Assembly (NCBI GenBank): GCA_900317295.1
Contig: ONGB01000003.1
Location: 12,245 to 76,244 of the forward strand
Source of the DNA: an uncultured Erysipelotrichaceae bacterium
GTDB taxonomy: Bacteria > Bacillota_I > Bacilli_A > RFN20 > CAG-826
DNA: 64,000 bases
Direction: 5' to 3'
The position numbers and the translations under genes were made by a program. Positions 30,816-39,832 of this stretch are shown in pieces (position 1 is the first letter of the stretch; each line of letters starts with the position of its first letter). The notes beneath the pieces are model-generated. The model saw only the letters and a list, made by a program, of their open reading frames with translations. It made no database searches and was not told the DNA's origin.

Positions 30816-32006
30816 ATGAATATATTTCTGTCTTTGTTTATTATTTTTGGTGGTGGGATCCTCGGTGGGTTTTTATTTGAGAAGATCAAACTCCCCAAAC
30901 TGGTGTGGTATATCATTCTCGGGATTCTTATTGGACCATCTTTGTTCAATATCGTTGATGATACGTTGCTGTCGGTTTCGTCTCATCTAAGGCAAATCGC
31001 TTTGGTCATCATATTGACCAGGTCAGGCCTATCTTTGAACATTAAGAACCTAAAGAAAATAGGGCGACCTGCGATATTGATGTGCTTTTTACCCGCTTGT
31101 TTTGAAATTGCGGGCATCACGATATTTGGCCCAATGCTCCTCGGGATATCCTATTTCGAAGCCTTGCTTCTTGGCTCGGTCTTGGCGGCCGTTTCGCCGG
31201 CGGTAGTGGTTCCGAGAATGATTCGCCTAATGGAAGAAGGATATGGAAAAGAACACTGCGTGCCCGAACTTGTGATGGCGGGGGCATCTTGTGACGACAT
31301 CTTTGTAATCGTCCTTTTCTATTCGTTCAAGAATCTGGTCGCAACGTCCGCCTTTGACGCTTGGAGCGTCGGGCAAATCCCCATTTCGATCGTCTCCGGT
31401 GTCATTTTGGGCATCGGAGTAGGCTTCTTGATGGTTTTAGCCATTCGATACATGAAACTAAATAGAATCGTCCATGTCATTTTGATGCTCGGTCTCTCCT
31501 TCGGGATGCTCGCCCTCGAGAATGCCTTGAAACCGTATTTCAGCGTTTCGTCTCTATTAGCCATCATCGTCATGGCATTTGTGGTGGGCGTCTTTAAAAA
31601 AGAGGAAGCGAAGGAGATGCAGAAATCCTATAACGGCTTATGGCAAGGTTTTGAAATCCTATTGTTCGCTCTCGTTGGCATTGCGGTCGATGTTCGTTAC
31701 GCTTTTTCAAAAGAAGGGGCAATCATCGTTGGGCTGGTTTTCATTGCGTTGGTATTTAGAAGTTTAGGCGTGTTTTGCAGCATAATTGCAACGAAATTCA
31801 CTTGGAAAGAAAAACTATATATCGTCATTTCTTATCTCCCTAAGGCGACCGTTCAAGCATCGATTGGGGCGATTGCTTTGTCCGAAGGCCTTGCTTGCGG
31901 CACGTTGGTGCTGACCGCTGCGGTGGTGGCAATATTGATAACCGCTCCATTGGGTGCGATATTGATGGATAACCTGAAAAACAAATTGCTTAAGAGGGAG
32001 GCGTAG
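30816..32006 (+). CDS. Cation:proton antiporter (Na+/H+ exchanger family)
   Basis: About 12 TMs; LRQIALVIIL.R.GL, AVSPAVVVP, ASCDDI and LPKATVQA motifs; start MNIF after GGGAGG. Confidence 0.9.
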   Translation: MNIFLSLFIIFGGGILGGFLFEKIKLPKLVWYIILGILIGPSLFNIVDDTLLSVSSHLRQIALVIILTRSGLSLNIKNLKKIGRPAILMCFLPACFEIAGITIFGPMLLGISYFEALLLGSVLAAVSPAVVVPRMIRLMEEGYGKEHCVPELVMAGASCDDIFVIVLFYSFKNLVATSAFDAWSVGQIPISIVSGVILGIGVGFLMVLAIRYMKLNRIVHVILMLGLSFGMLALENALKPYFSVSSLLAIIVMAFVVGVFKKEEAKEMQKSYNGLWQGFEILLFALVGIAVDVRYAFSKEGAIIVGLVFIALVFRSLGVFCSIIATKFTWKEKLYIVISYLPKATVQASIGAIALSEGLACGTLVLTAAVVAILITAPLGAILMDNLKNKLLKREA

Positions 32007-32030
32007 TTCCTTCGACTCTTTTATAGGCAA

Positions 32031-32077
32031 GAAGCAACAAATCAACAGGACCGTCCCTCGTGGGCGGTTTTTTCATG
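32031..32077 (+). repeat. Terminator-containing direct repeat, copy 2
   Basis: GAAGCAACAAATCAACAGGACCGTCCCTCGTGGGCGGTTTTTTCATG. Confidence 0.75.
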
Positions 32078-32320
32078 CTCGTCCGTCCCTCGTCCCGGAT
32101 CTACTTAGAACCATCGACGTCGAAGCGACCTTATATATTTCATATATAACTCATTCTAACTAACCCCGGTCGGTCCACGTCACACGATCGTCCTTGTGGC
32201 TGGCAAATTGTTAGGCGTCGTCCGAATCGAGTCCCACGGGTCGAATATGGGCTTCGTCGGAGAGAGCGGAGTTTGTTCTTTTTCGGAGAATTGGCGTCGT
32301 CGTCGAACACCCGCTACAAA

Positions 32321-32354
32321 AACAAACCGTCCCTCGTGGGCGGTTTTCTTTATG
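32321..32354 (+). repeat. Terminator-containing repeat, partial copy 3
   Basis: ACCGTCCCTCGTGGGCGGTTTT is identical (22 nt) at 32050-32071 and 32326-32347. Confidence 0.75.
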
Positions 32355-33141
32355 ATCCGGTCGATTCGTATCGCCTGGCGCACAAGGTCCAAATAAGCAC
32401 GGACAACGCGAAGAACGCCACCGAAGCCCCGAAGATGATCAAGCTGAGCCAATAGGGGTTATAGCTTCCGTAGAGCAATGTGTCGATCGGTAAGGAGATG
32501 AACAACCCGAACGGCAGGATGAAAATCAAAATGAAGCGGATGGCCGCCGGGAAGATGGCGATCGGGTATTTCGCGTAGATGGTGAAGTTGTAGACGATCT
32601 GAAGAAGCGGGCCGCTGCGCTTGAAGATGAACGCCAATGACGAAATGGCGATTTTGAAGGAAGTGATGATCATCGCGCCGAAGATCGCCCCCACGACCAA
32701 AACGAAGATCGCCCCAAAGGAAACAGATACTTGAAGGTTTACCCCGCAGATGACGATCATCGTGATGCCGACGATGACTTCGCCGAACCCGTCGGGCTGG
32801 AACGTCTCCGCGAACATCTGGAAAATGACGGGGATCGGCCGCAGAAAGTGGCGGTCCATGTCGCCTAACTGGACGCGGCGATAGGCCACCAGCCAGAACT
32901 CGTCGCTGAAGAGGTGGTCCAAGGCGATGGGGATCATCGAGAAGCCATAAAAGAAACCGACTTCCGCAGGGGTGTACCCCTTCAACGAGGGAATCGTCTG
33001 CAAAATGAAGAAAATGGAGGCCAAAGAGCACGCGTTGGAAATCAAGAAGGACAGAATGGAAATGATCGTGTCCTTTTTGTATTCCAGGCGGGACAGCATG
33101 CTGCGCTTGATGCAGGTGAAATAGAGCTTGACGTACCGCAT
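32350..33141 (-). CDS. ABC-2 family permease (DUF990-like)
   Basis: Hydrophobic; G.MDRHFLRP, YP..IFP and Y.STGS C-terminus. Confidence 0.85.
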   Translation of the reverse strand: MRYVKLYFTCIKRSMLSRLEYKKDTIISILSFLISNACSLASIFFILQTIPSLKGYTPAEVGFFYGFSMIPIALDHLFSDEFWLVAYRRVQLGDMDRHFLRPIPVIFQMFAETFQPDGFGEVIVGITMIVICGVNLQVSVSFGAIFVLVVGAIFGAMIITSFKIAISSLAFIFKRSGPLLQIVYNFTIYAKYPIAIFPAAIRFILIFILPFGLFISLPIDTLLYGSYNPYWLSLIIFGASVAFFALSVLIWTLCARRYESTGS

Positions 33142-33142
33142 G

Positions 33143-33982
33143 CTATCCTCCCTGAACCGTCACGATTTTTATTGCGTGGTTGAAAAGCAATTTGGCCAAC
33201 AGCTCCAATAAAATGAGCCAGCCAAAGGAAATCAAAAGAACTTTCCCACATTCGAGGTAGTCGTACTTCATCATCAGAATCAGGACGGGGTTTTGGCTCA
33301 TCCCGGCGAAGGGCATATAGGAAACGATTTCCCGGAAGATGTTCGGGAAGAAGGCGATGGGGAGCAACGTGCCCGACAGAAAGGAGACCACGGTCGTCTT
33401 CAAGGCGTTGAGCCCCCATGCGGCGGAGGTGTAGAAGCAGAGGATCCCGAAGATGTAGGAGATGGCCCCGTTGAGCATGCAGGCGAGGACGCTGGCAACC
33501 AAGAACAGACCGAGGTGGGCGATGAAATCCCATACGGAAGGCACGGGCAAATAACCGATGCCGATAAGCACGCCCAATGCGCACGTGTATAAGGCAATCC
33601 CAAACACGACGAACATCATAAAGAACGCCCCGAGGGTCGATGCGATGAACTTGCCGCGATAGGAAATCGGCTTGATCAGGAAGTTTCCGATCGTCCCTTG
33701 GCGGACGTCATGATTGATGGACCACAGGGTATCGTCGTTGAACGTCACGAACCCGAATATCGTCGTCAGCACGACGTAGACGATCATCTCTTTGTACGTG
33801 AATCCGTTGATGGCGGCGTCGATCCCGCCTTCGCTGCTTTGATAGACGGCGAGCCAAAGGAAAACCAAGCACGCCACCTCGAAGACGGTGACGATCGCCC
33901 ACGTGATGATGTTGAAGCGGTACGCCATCATGTCGATGGCCGCCGCGCGGGCGAACGGCTTATATTTTCTTAGCCATTGCAT
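33143..33982 (-). CDS. ABC-2 family permease (DUF990-like)
   Basis: GTIGNFLIKPISY, LSGTLLP..FFP and VQGG C-terminus. Confidence 0.85.
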   Translation of the reverse strand: MQWLRKYKPFARAAAIDMMAYRFNIITWAIVTVFEVACLVFLWLAVYQSSEGGIDAAINGFTYKEMIVYVVLTTIFGFVTFNDDTLWSINHDVRQGTIGNFLIKPISYRGKFIASTLGAFFMMFVVFGIALYTCALGVLIGIGYLPVPSVWDFIAHLGLFLVASVLACMLNGAISYIFGILCFYTSAAWGLNALKTTVVSFLSGTLLPIAFFPNIFREIVSYMPFAGMSQNPVLILMMKYDYLECGKVLLISFGWLILLELLAKLLFNHAIKIVTVQGG

Positions 33983-34970
33983 GTTCTTCCTCTTGCTGTT
34001 CAAGAATCTGCTTTACGACATCTTCGATGGAAATATCCGCGATTTTCATATCTAAAGCGCGGTATTGGGAGAAGGCGTATTGAACGACGTGCTCAAGCAC
34101 GACCTTGTCCGCGTCGAAGGATAGCAAAACCTTGTCTTGGTCCATGGTCATCGTGACATCGTCAGAGAATGGTTTGACCGCGTTCGGGTCGAGATTCGGC
34201 GGAATGGTCAGCGTCAAAGTTTTGATGTTGCCGAAACGACGTTTGATATCACCTAACGGTCCGTCATAGATGATTTTGCCCCTCTCGATCATGATGATGC
34301 GGGAACAGAGGTTTTCGATGTCGGCCATATCGTGGGTGGTGAGGACGACGGTGGTGTGATATTTCGCATTAAGGGCATGGATCGCCGTGCGGATCTTGTC
34401 TTTGACAAGGACATCCATGCCGATGGTAGGTTCATCAAGGAAGAGGATCTTCGGGTTATGAAGCATCGAGGCGGCCAGGTCCGCGCGCATCCTTTGCCCC
34501 AAAGATAGGGTGCGGACGGGCTGGGTCATGAACTCATCGATGCCCAGGACGGAGGATAAGAAAGCGATCCGCTCCTCATAATCCGCATCGCTGATTTGAT
34601 AGATTTCCTTGAGGACTTTGAAGGACTCGACCAACGGAATGTCCCACCAAAGCTGGGTCTTCTGCCCGAAGACGACGCCGATGTCCTTGGCGACGACCCG
34701 GCGCTTCAGGTAAGGCTCTAAACCATCGATTAAGACCTTTCCGGAAGTGGGGGTGAGGATGCCGCACATCATCTTGATGGTCGTGGATTTGCCGGCGCCG
34801 TTGGAGCCGATATACCCCACGATTTCACCCTCGGATATGTCAAAGGACACATCATCGACGGCGCGGATTTCCGTGTATTTGCGCGAAAATAAAGTGGCGA
34901 ACATGCCGATAAGGCCTTTGCCCCGGATCGGCTTACGGAAAATTTTGACGAGGTTTTGAACTTGAATCAT
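33960..34970 (-). CDS. ABC transporter ATP-binding protein
   Basis: GSNGAGKST, VFGQKTQLWWD, LSLGQRMR and LDEPTIG motifs. Confidence 0.93.
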   Translation of the reverse strand: MIQVQNLVKIFRKPIRGKGLIGMFATLFSRKYTEIRAVDDVSFDISEGEIVGYIGSNGAGKSTTIKMMCGILTPTSGKVLIDGLEPYLKRRVVAKDIGVVFGQKTQLWWDIPLVESFKVLKEIYQISDADYEERIAFLSSVLGIDEFMTQPVRTLSLGQRMRADLAASMLHNPKILFLDEPTIGMDVLVKDKIRTAIHALNAKYHTTVVLTTHDMADIENLCSRIIMIERGKIIYDGPLGDIKRRFGNIKTLTLTIPPNLDPNAVKPFSDDVTMTMDQDKVLLSFDADKVVLEHVVQYAFSQYRALDMKIADISIEDVVKQILEQQEEEHAMAKKI

Positions 34971-35051
34971 GGTTTGGAGAACTCGAATCGCTTTATTTTA
35001 GCGAAATAAAGAAACGAGATAAACGGACGGCCTATTTGTTATCATTTTCCC

Positions 35052-35729
35052 ATGACGGAAATACAGAAATATTTACTTTCTCAAGCCGATCAGAAATACC
35101 GCGACTTCACTTTGCCGCTTATCCCTACCGTCGATCCGGATACCTTCATCGGGGTCCGTCTTCCCGTCCTCAAGAAACACGCGAAAGTCTTAGGGACAGA
35201 GGAAGGAGAGGCTTTTCTCAATTCGTTGCCCCATAAATACCACGAAGAAAACATCCTGCACGCCTTCATCCTTTCCAACATCAAGGATTACGAAGAATTC
35301 ATTAGAAAAGTTGATGCGTTCCTGCCTTATGTCCAGAACTGGTCCGTATGCGACACGATCTGCAATAAGCACCTGGTCAAATACAGGGAGCCGTTATTAA
35401 AAGAAATCTATGCCTGGCTCAAAAGCGATGAGGTTTACCGGGCGCGTTACGCGATTAAGTGCCTGATGAATTACTACCTTGGCGAGGATTTCGCCCCCGA
35501 ACATATAGTGAAAGTGAAGGCCGTGAAGCTCACGGATTACTATGTGCGCATGATGATTGCCTGGTACCTCGCCACCGGGTTAGCCAAGAACTATGAGGAT
35601 TTCATTAAACCCATTGAGGAGAAGTGGTTCGACGACTTTACTCACAACAAGGCAATCCAAAAGGCAATCGAGTCCTATCGCGTCAGCGATGAGCACAAAG
35701 CCTATTTGAAAACATTGAAGGTCAAATAA
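35052..35729 (+). CDS. DNA alkylation repair protein (AlkD-like HEAT-repeat)
   Basis: GVRLP.L, LPHKYHEE, NWSVCD, YYVRMMIAW and KAIQKAIESYR motifs. Confidence 0.82.
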   Translation: MTEIQKYLLSQADQKYRDFTLPLIPTVDPDTFIGVRLPVLKKHAKVLGTEEGEAFLNSLPHKYHEENILHAFILSNIKDYEEFIRKVDAFLPYVQNWSVCDTICNKHLVKYREPLLKEIYAWLKSDEVYRARYAIKCLMNYYLGEDFAPEHIVKVKAVKLTDYYVRMMIAWYLATGLAKNYEDFIKPIEEKWFDDFTHNKAIQKAIESYRVSDEHKAYLKTLKVK

Positions 35730-35770
35730 CCGCCCATTGATGCGTACCCAATTTGCTGGACCGAATCGTT

Positions 35771-36439
35771 TTATTCGACAACAGGCAATTCTACCGATGT
35801 GGCGCCATAGTCGCTGACCGCGGTTTTCGAACTCCAGTGCACATCGGGACTATATGTGGCGTAGTAGTCATAGGATTGATAGAGGATCCGTCCGTTTTCG
35901 AATTTGGCTCTGATATTGGAATAAACGTAATTGCCAACCGTTTTGGTTTCGGCGATCAACTCGTAACGGCGCGTGCTGCCGTTATATTTCATTTCGTTGA
36001 AAGCGACCCAATCGGCGATGGTCGGGAAAACCATATCATCGGGCAGGGAGTCGTTTTCATATGTCTGTTTTACCATCGCGCCCTCTTCTTCGTAATAGAC
36101 GTCATATGTCCAAGTGCGATCCGTCTCGCTATAGGTGCCTTCATGGAATTGGAGATAACCCACCCCATACGAAGTCTCCATACAGACTTTTCCGTTATCG
36201 TATTTGGTGCGATAGGTATACGTTTTTTCCCCATTGTTTTCGGTCCATTCCGCGGTGAAATTCAGCGTTGCCATTTGGGCGACGAACGTCCTATAAGAGA
36301 ATTGATTATATTGTTCTTCCGTCACCACGTGATTGACCTTGGGCGCGGCCGACTTGCTGCTCGCGGTTTCGCCGCTTTGGCCGCAACCCGCCATCAAAGC
36401 GCCCGCGGCCGTCAGAAGAATAAAGTGACTCAATTTCAT
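35771..36439 (-). CDS. Hypothetical lipoprotein
   Basis: Signal peptide with lipobox LMAGC, Tyr/Thr-rich mature part, GAGG upstream. Confidence 0.75.
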   Translation of the reverse strand: MKLSHFILLTAAGALMAGCGQSGETASSKSAAPKVNHVVTEEQYNQFSYRTFVAQMATLNFTAEWTENNGEKTYTYRTKYDNGKVCMETSYGVGYLQFHEGTYSETDRTWTYDVYYEEEGAMVKQTYENDSLPDDMVFPTIADWVAFNEMKYNGSTRRYELIAETKTVGNYVYSNIRAKFENGRILYQSYDYYATYSPDVHWSSKTAVSDYGATSVELPVVE

Positions 36440-36562
36440 AATGGCTTCCTCTTTAATCATTATATCCCATGCGTGCATTCTTAATTCCTTGCTTTATTGT
36501 TGGCTCACCGATGGCCCCTCTTTTCTACACGTCCCGAAATGCGTGGTAAAATATCGATTAAC

Positions 36563-37363
36563 ATGAGTTTTTACGATTGGTTTTTCCTTGAAAAAGACCG
36601 CCCGGCGGCCGGGCTTTTTTCTTGGTCCCATCTATTAAGCGTCACCATCATCCTTGCCGGGCTGATGGTTTGGGCGTATTTCCTTGGAAAGAAGCATAAA
36701 GATAATCCGAAGGGCCAACGAATCGTCTTGATCGTCGCTTCCGGCGCTCTGATCGCTCTCTACATCATGAAAATGGCCTTCCTTTTGGCGACCACCGATG
36801 ACGTCGTTAATACGTGGCGCGAAAACATCCCCCTCTTCTTTTGCGATGCCATCATCTTCGTCGTTCCGATTGCGGCTTTTGCAAAAGGCAGGGCGCAGGA
36901 TATCTGTTTCGATTTCATCGCGATATGCGGTTTCTTGATGGGATTCATGGGAAATTATTTCGCGGGGAACGTCTATAGCTACCACCCCGCGTTTAGCTAT
37001 CTGTCTTTGATCAGCGCCTTCAATCACGGCATCGCGGCATTTGCGGCGATGTTCGTCTTCGTGGCGAGGCTGAACAAGATGGAGAAACGGAATATCCCTT
37101 TCGTCATTGGCATCCTTTTCGTGTTGATGACCATCGCTTTGATCGTCGACTACATCACCGGGGAGAATTACGTGTTCTTCCTCGGCGGAAGCGGCACCCC
37201 ATTTGGCCTGATTTTTGACTGGGTGCAGCATAACCTCATCATCTACCAAATCATCATCTACGTCATGCAATGCGGGTATATCGGCCTCTTCTACGTGGTC
37301 TATTACCCCATCAAGAAATGGATGGATGGCAGAAAGAAAGTAGAAGCGCCCAATGAGCAGTGA
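36563..37363 (+). CDS. YwaF/TMEM164-like integral membrane protein
   Basis: LFSWSH, IPLFFC, H in a TM segment and NYVFF motif; multiple TMs. Confidence 0.7.
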   Translation: MSFYDWFFLEKDRPAAGLFSWSHLLSVTIILAGLMVWAYFLGKKHKDNPKGQRIVLIVASGALIALYIMKMAFLLATTDDVVNTWRENIPLFFCDAIIFVVPIAAFAKGRAQDICFDFIAICGFLMGFMGNYFAGNVYSYHPAFSYLSLISAFNHGIAAFAAMFVFVARLNKMEKRNIPFVIGILFVLMTIALIVDYITGENYVFFLGGSGTPFGLIFDWVQHNLIIYQIIIYVMQCGYIGLFYVVYYPIKKWMDGRKKVEAPNEQ

Positions 37364-38477
37364 CCTAAACCAAACGAGCCTAGAAAAGCGCAGGTATTAC
37401 CCGGTTTTGGATTTGGTGCGGTTCCTCGCCGCGCTTTTGATCGTCGGGGTGCACATCTTCCCCGAAGGATCCACCACGGAAGGAATCGGATTAGATCGTT
37501 CCGTCCCCACGTTGCTTGGATTGTCATTTATGAATGCCTGCCTGCGCATCGCCGTCCCCGCGTTCTTCCTCATCAGCGGTTTCCTTCTTTTCAAGAAGAT
37601 CGGGGATGATCCAGAACATAAATGGCAACACATTGGGGCTTTCTGTCTCAGAATCTTGTTCCTCCACATCTTTTGGTATGCGGTGGGTTTGCCGTTAACC
37701 ATCAGGGATATCACCGGCTTTGTCTCCCAAAGTGACACGAATGGGCTGATCAGGTACATCGTGATCACTTTGTGGAAAGGGGCCCCCAGGGGGTATTGGT
37801 TCCTGGTGTCCTTGGTCCTGTCGGTGGTGATCACCGCTTCCTGCCGCTCCAAGAAATCCATGACCGTCTTAGCCGTCATCGCGGGCACGCTATATGTTTA
37901 TGGCTGCCTCAACAGCGCGTATTTTGGGATTTTTCTCTTAAATAATGATCCCGTTTCGAAGGCGTTTTACCAAGTCGGGGAATACCTTGAATTAAGTTTC
38001 TGCCCGTTGCAGGCCCTCTTATTCGTCGTCCTTGGGCGGTTCTTCGCGGAACACGGGTCTTTTAAGATCAAGGGCAACGCCGTAATCCTTCCCGCGGTCT
38101 TTCTCCTGATGATGGGGGAATTGTTCTTAACCATGTATGGGAACCTTTACGTCTATCCTGACGCGTTCTTTTCTCTGCCGATCTTTGCTTTTTTCCTGAT
38201 GAATCTATTGCTTGGCATCAACGTGGAAAATGAAAAGTTCACCGAAGTGGCGAAAAAGCTGAAACGGGTCGGAAGCTTCTCCTATCTATTCCATTTCCAG
38301 TTCTTCTGTTACATGCATTGGATTTTAGACGCCACGGGGAACAACATCTTCCGCGATCAATATGGCTGGCTGTTCATCCCTTATTTGATCTGCGTGGCTT
38401 TGTGCTTCGGGCTGCAAACCCTCTTCGAATACCTATCGAAAAATAAATACCTGGGATTCCTCCGATATTCTTATTGA
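37353..38477 (+). CDS. Acyltransferase-3 family membrane O-acyltransferase
   Basis: LDLVRFLAA..IV..H, AVPAFFLISGF, WFL and SF.YLFH motifs. Confidence 0.85.
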   Translation: MSSDLNQTSLEKRRYYPVLDLVRFLAALLIVGVHIFPEGSTTEGIGLDRSVPTLLGLSFMNACLRIAVPAFFLISGFLLFKKIGDDPEHKWQHIGAFCLRILFLHIFWYAVGLPLTIRDITGFVSQSDTNGLIRYIVITLWKGAPRGYWFLVSLVLSVVITASCRSKKSMTVLAVIAGTLYVYGCLNSAYFGIFLLNNDPVSKAFYQVGEYLELSFCPLQALLFVVLGRFFAEHGSFKIKGNAVILPAVFLLMMGELFLTMYGNLYVYPDAFFSLPIFAFFLMNLLLGINVENEKFTEVAKKLKRVGSFSYLFHFQFFCYMHWILDATGNNIFRDQYGWLFIPYLICVALCFGLQTLFEYLSKNKYLGFLRYSY

Positions 38478-38544
38478 ATTTACTTTGTGACGCTTTTGTG
38501 ACCGGAAACCTGACACCATAGAAACAACAAAAGAGGTCGCCATT

Positions 38545-38807
38545 ATGAGAAAAGATCTACTGAAAGGCCTGAGCGAAGAACAAATCCAAAAAGCCAGCCG
38601 TTGCGAAAATCCCGAAGAGCTTTGGCCCTCGCCAAAAAGGAAGGCGTCGAACTGACGACGGATGAGTAACTCGAAGCCGTCAGCGGCGGATGCGGCTGGT
38701 TTACCACGTTGCCTTCTTGCCCCGAATGCGGCAACAAATGGGTCTACGAAATCGACGAAGGAAAACGGTGGAAGTGCTCCTCCTGCGGCAAGAAGTGGCA
38801 TAAATAG
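38545..38807 (+). pseudogene. Disrupted Nif11-like double-glycine leader peptide with a CxxC..CxxC C-terminal part
   Basis: Reconstructs to MRKDLLKGLSEEQIQKASRCENPEEL/LALAKKEGVELTTDE*LEAVSGG-CGWFTTLPSCPECGNKWVYEIDEGKRWKCSSCGKKWHK; frameshift near 38622 and TAA at 38667. Confidence 0.8.
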
Positions 38808-38858
38808 AATTGCAAACAAGAATAAATCCACCCGTTGCTGGGCGGATTTTTCTTTTCC

Positions 38859-39641
38859 TCAAAGCGTCTTTACGCGGTCGAGTTTTTCTTTGTCTTCTTG
38901 GGTCAATTCGAAGTCGAACTCGAAGTTGTCCTTCATATGGTCTTTGCTGCGGCTTCTAGGAAGCGGGACCGTCCCTAACATATCCGCGTATTTGATGCAG
39001 ACCTTCGCTGGGGAAACGTTGTATTTCTTAGCGATTTCCCCAACGGTTTCGTTTCCCAATAGCCTGCCGACGCCCAAGGGAGAATAGGCTTCGACGAGGA
39101 TGTTCTTCTCGTGGCAGTAATCGATGACTTCCTGCGGAACGTGGCCGACGTGTATGCGAATTTGGTTGGCGAAGATTGGCTCCGAAGAATGCTCTTCGAT
39201 GTTCTTGATGTCCTTGACGGTGAAATTAGAGACCCCGATGTTTTTGATTCTGCCTTCCTTCTTCGCCTCGGTCAGGGCGCGCCAGACTTCGAGGTTGCCT
39301 TTGTGGAAGCGGGGGCCCGGGAGCAGCATCAGCGCCCAAGGCTTCGGCGCGTGGATGAGCATGAGGTCTAGATAATCCACTCCAAGGCGTTCTAAGGATT
39401 CATCGATTGCCTTCTTGGCGTCCTTGTAGTTTTTGATCTCTGCGGGGATCTTCGAGGTGATCCAGATCTCTTCCCGCTTCAGGCCGAGTTCTTTGATGGC
39501 CTCGCCGATCTCGCTTTCGTTGCGGTAGGCGATCGCGGTGTCGAAGTGGCGGTACCCGATTTCGTAGCCTTCGATGAAGACGCGCTTCGCATCTTCCTTC
39601 GCGATTTGCCAGAAGCCGAGGCCGGGATTGGTGATTTCCAT
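38859..39641 (-). CDS. Aldo/keto reductase
   Basis: GYRHFDTA.AY.NE, ITSK, YLDLMLIH, IGVSNF and AYSPLG motifs. Confidence 0.93.
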   Translation of the reverse strand: MEITNPGLGFWQIAKEDAKRVFIEGYEIGYRHFDTAIAYRNESEIGEAIKELGLKREEIWITSKIPAEIKNYKDAKKAIDESLERLGVDYLDLMLIHAPKPWALMLLPGPRFHKGNLEVWRALTEAKKEGRIKNIGVSNFTVKDIKNIEEHSSEPIFANQIRIHVGHVPQEVIDYCHEKNILVEAYSPLGVGRLLGNETVGEIAKKYNVSPAKVCIKYADMLGTVPLPRSRSKDHMKDNFEFDFELTQEDKEKLDRVKTL

Positions 39642-39832
39642 AGACGTTCTCCTTGGGGGTGATGGCCTAAATATAAAGTATCGCGCGGAATAGGAAAGGC
39701 ATATGCACCCGTCCCCACGCCTTCGCGGTTTTTATAATAAAAACCAAATATGACGAAGATCCGTTAGCCTACCAAGAGGAAAAAAGAATAACCCCCTTTG
39801 CCAAATAAGAGGATAATCCTTGCTTGTCCGTT

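Noticed and set aside
32078-32320. Non-coding stretch between repeat copies 2 and 3, with short ORFs
   Set aside because: No convincing ORF, RNA motif or regular spacer periodicity; not a CRISPR array; probably a decayed remnant
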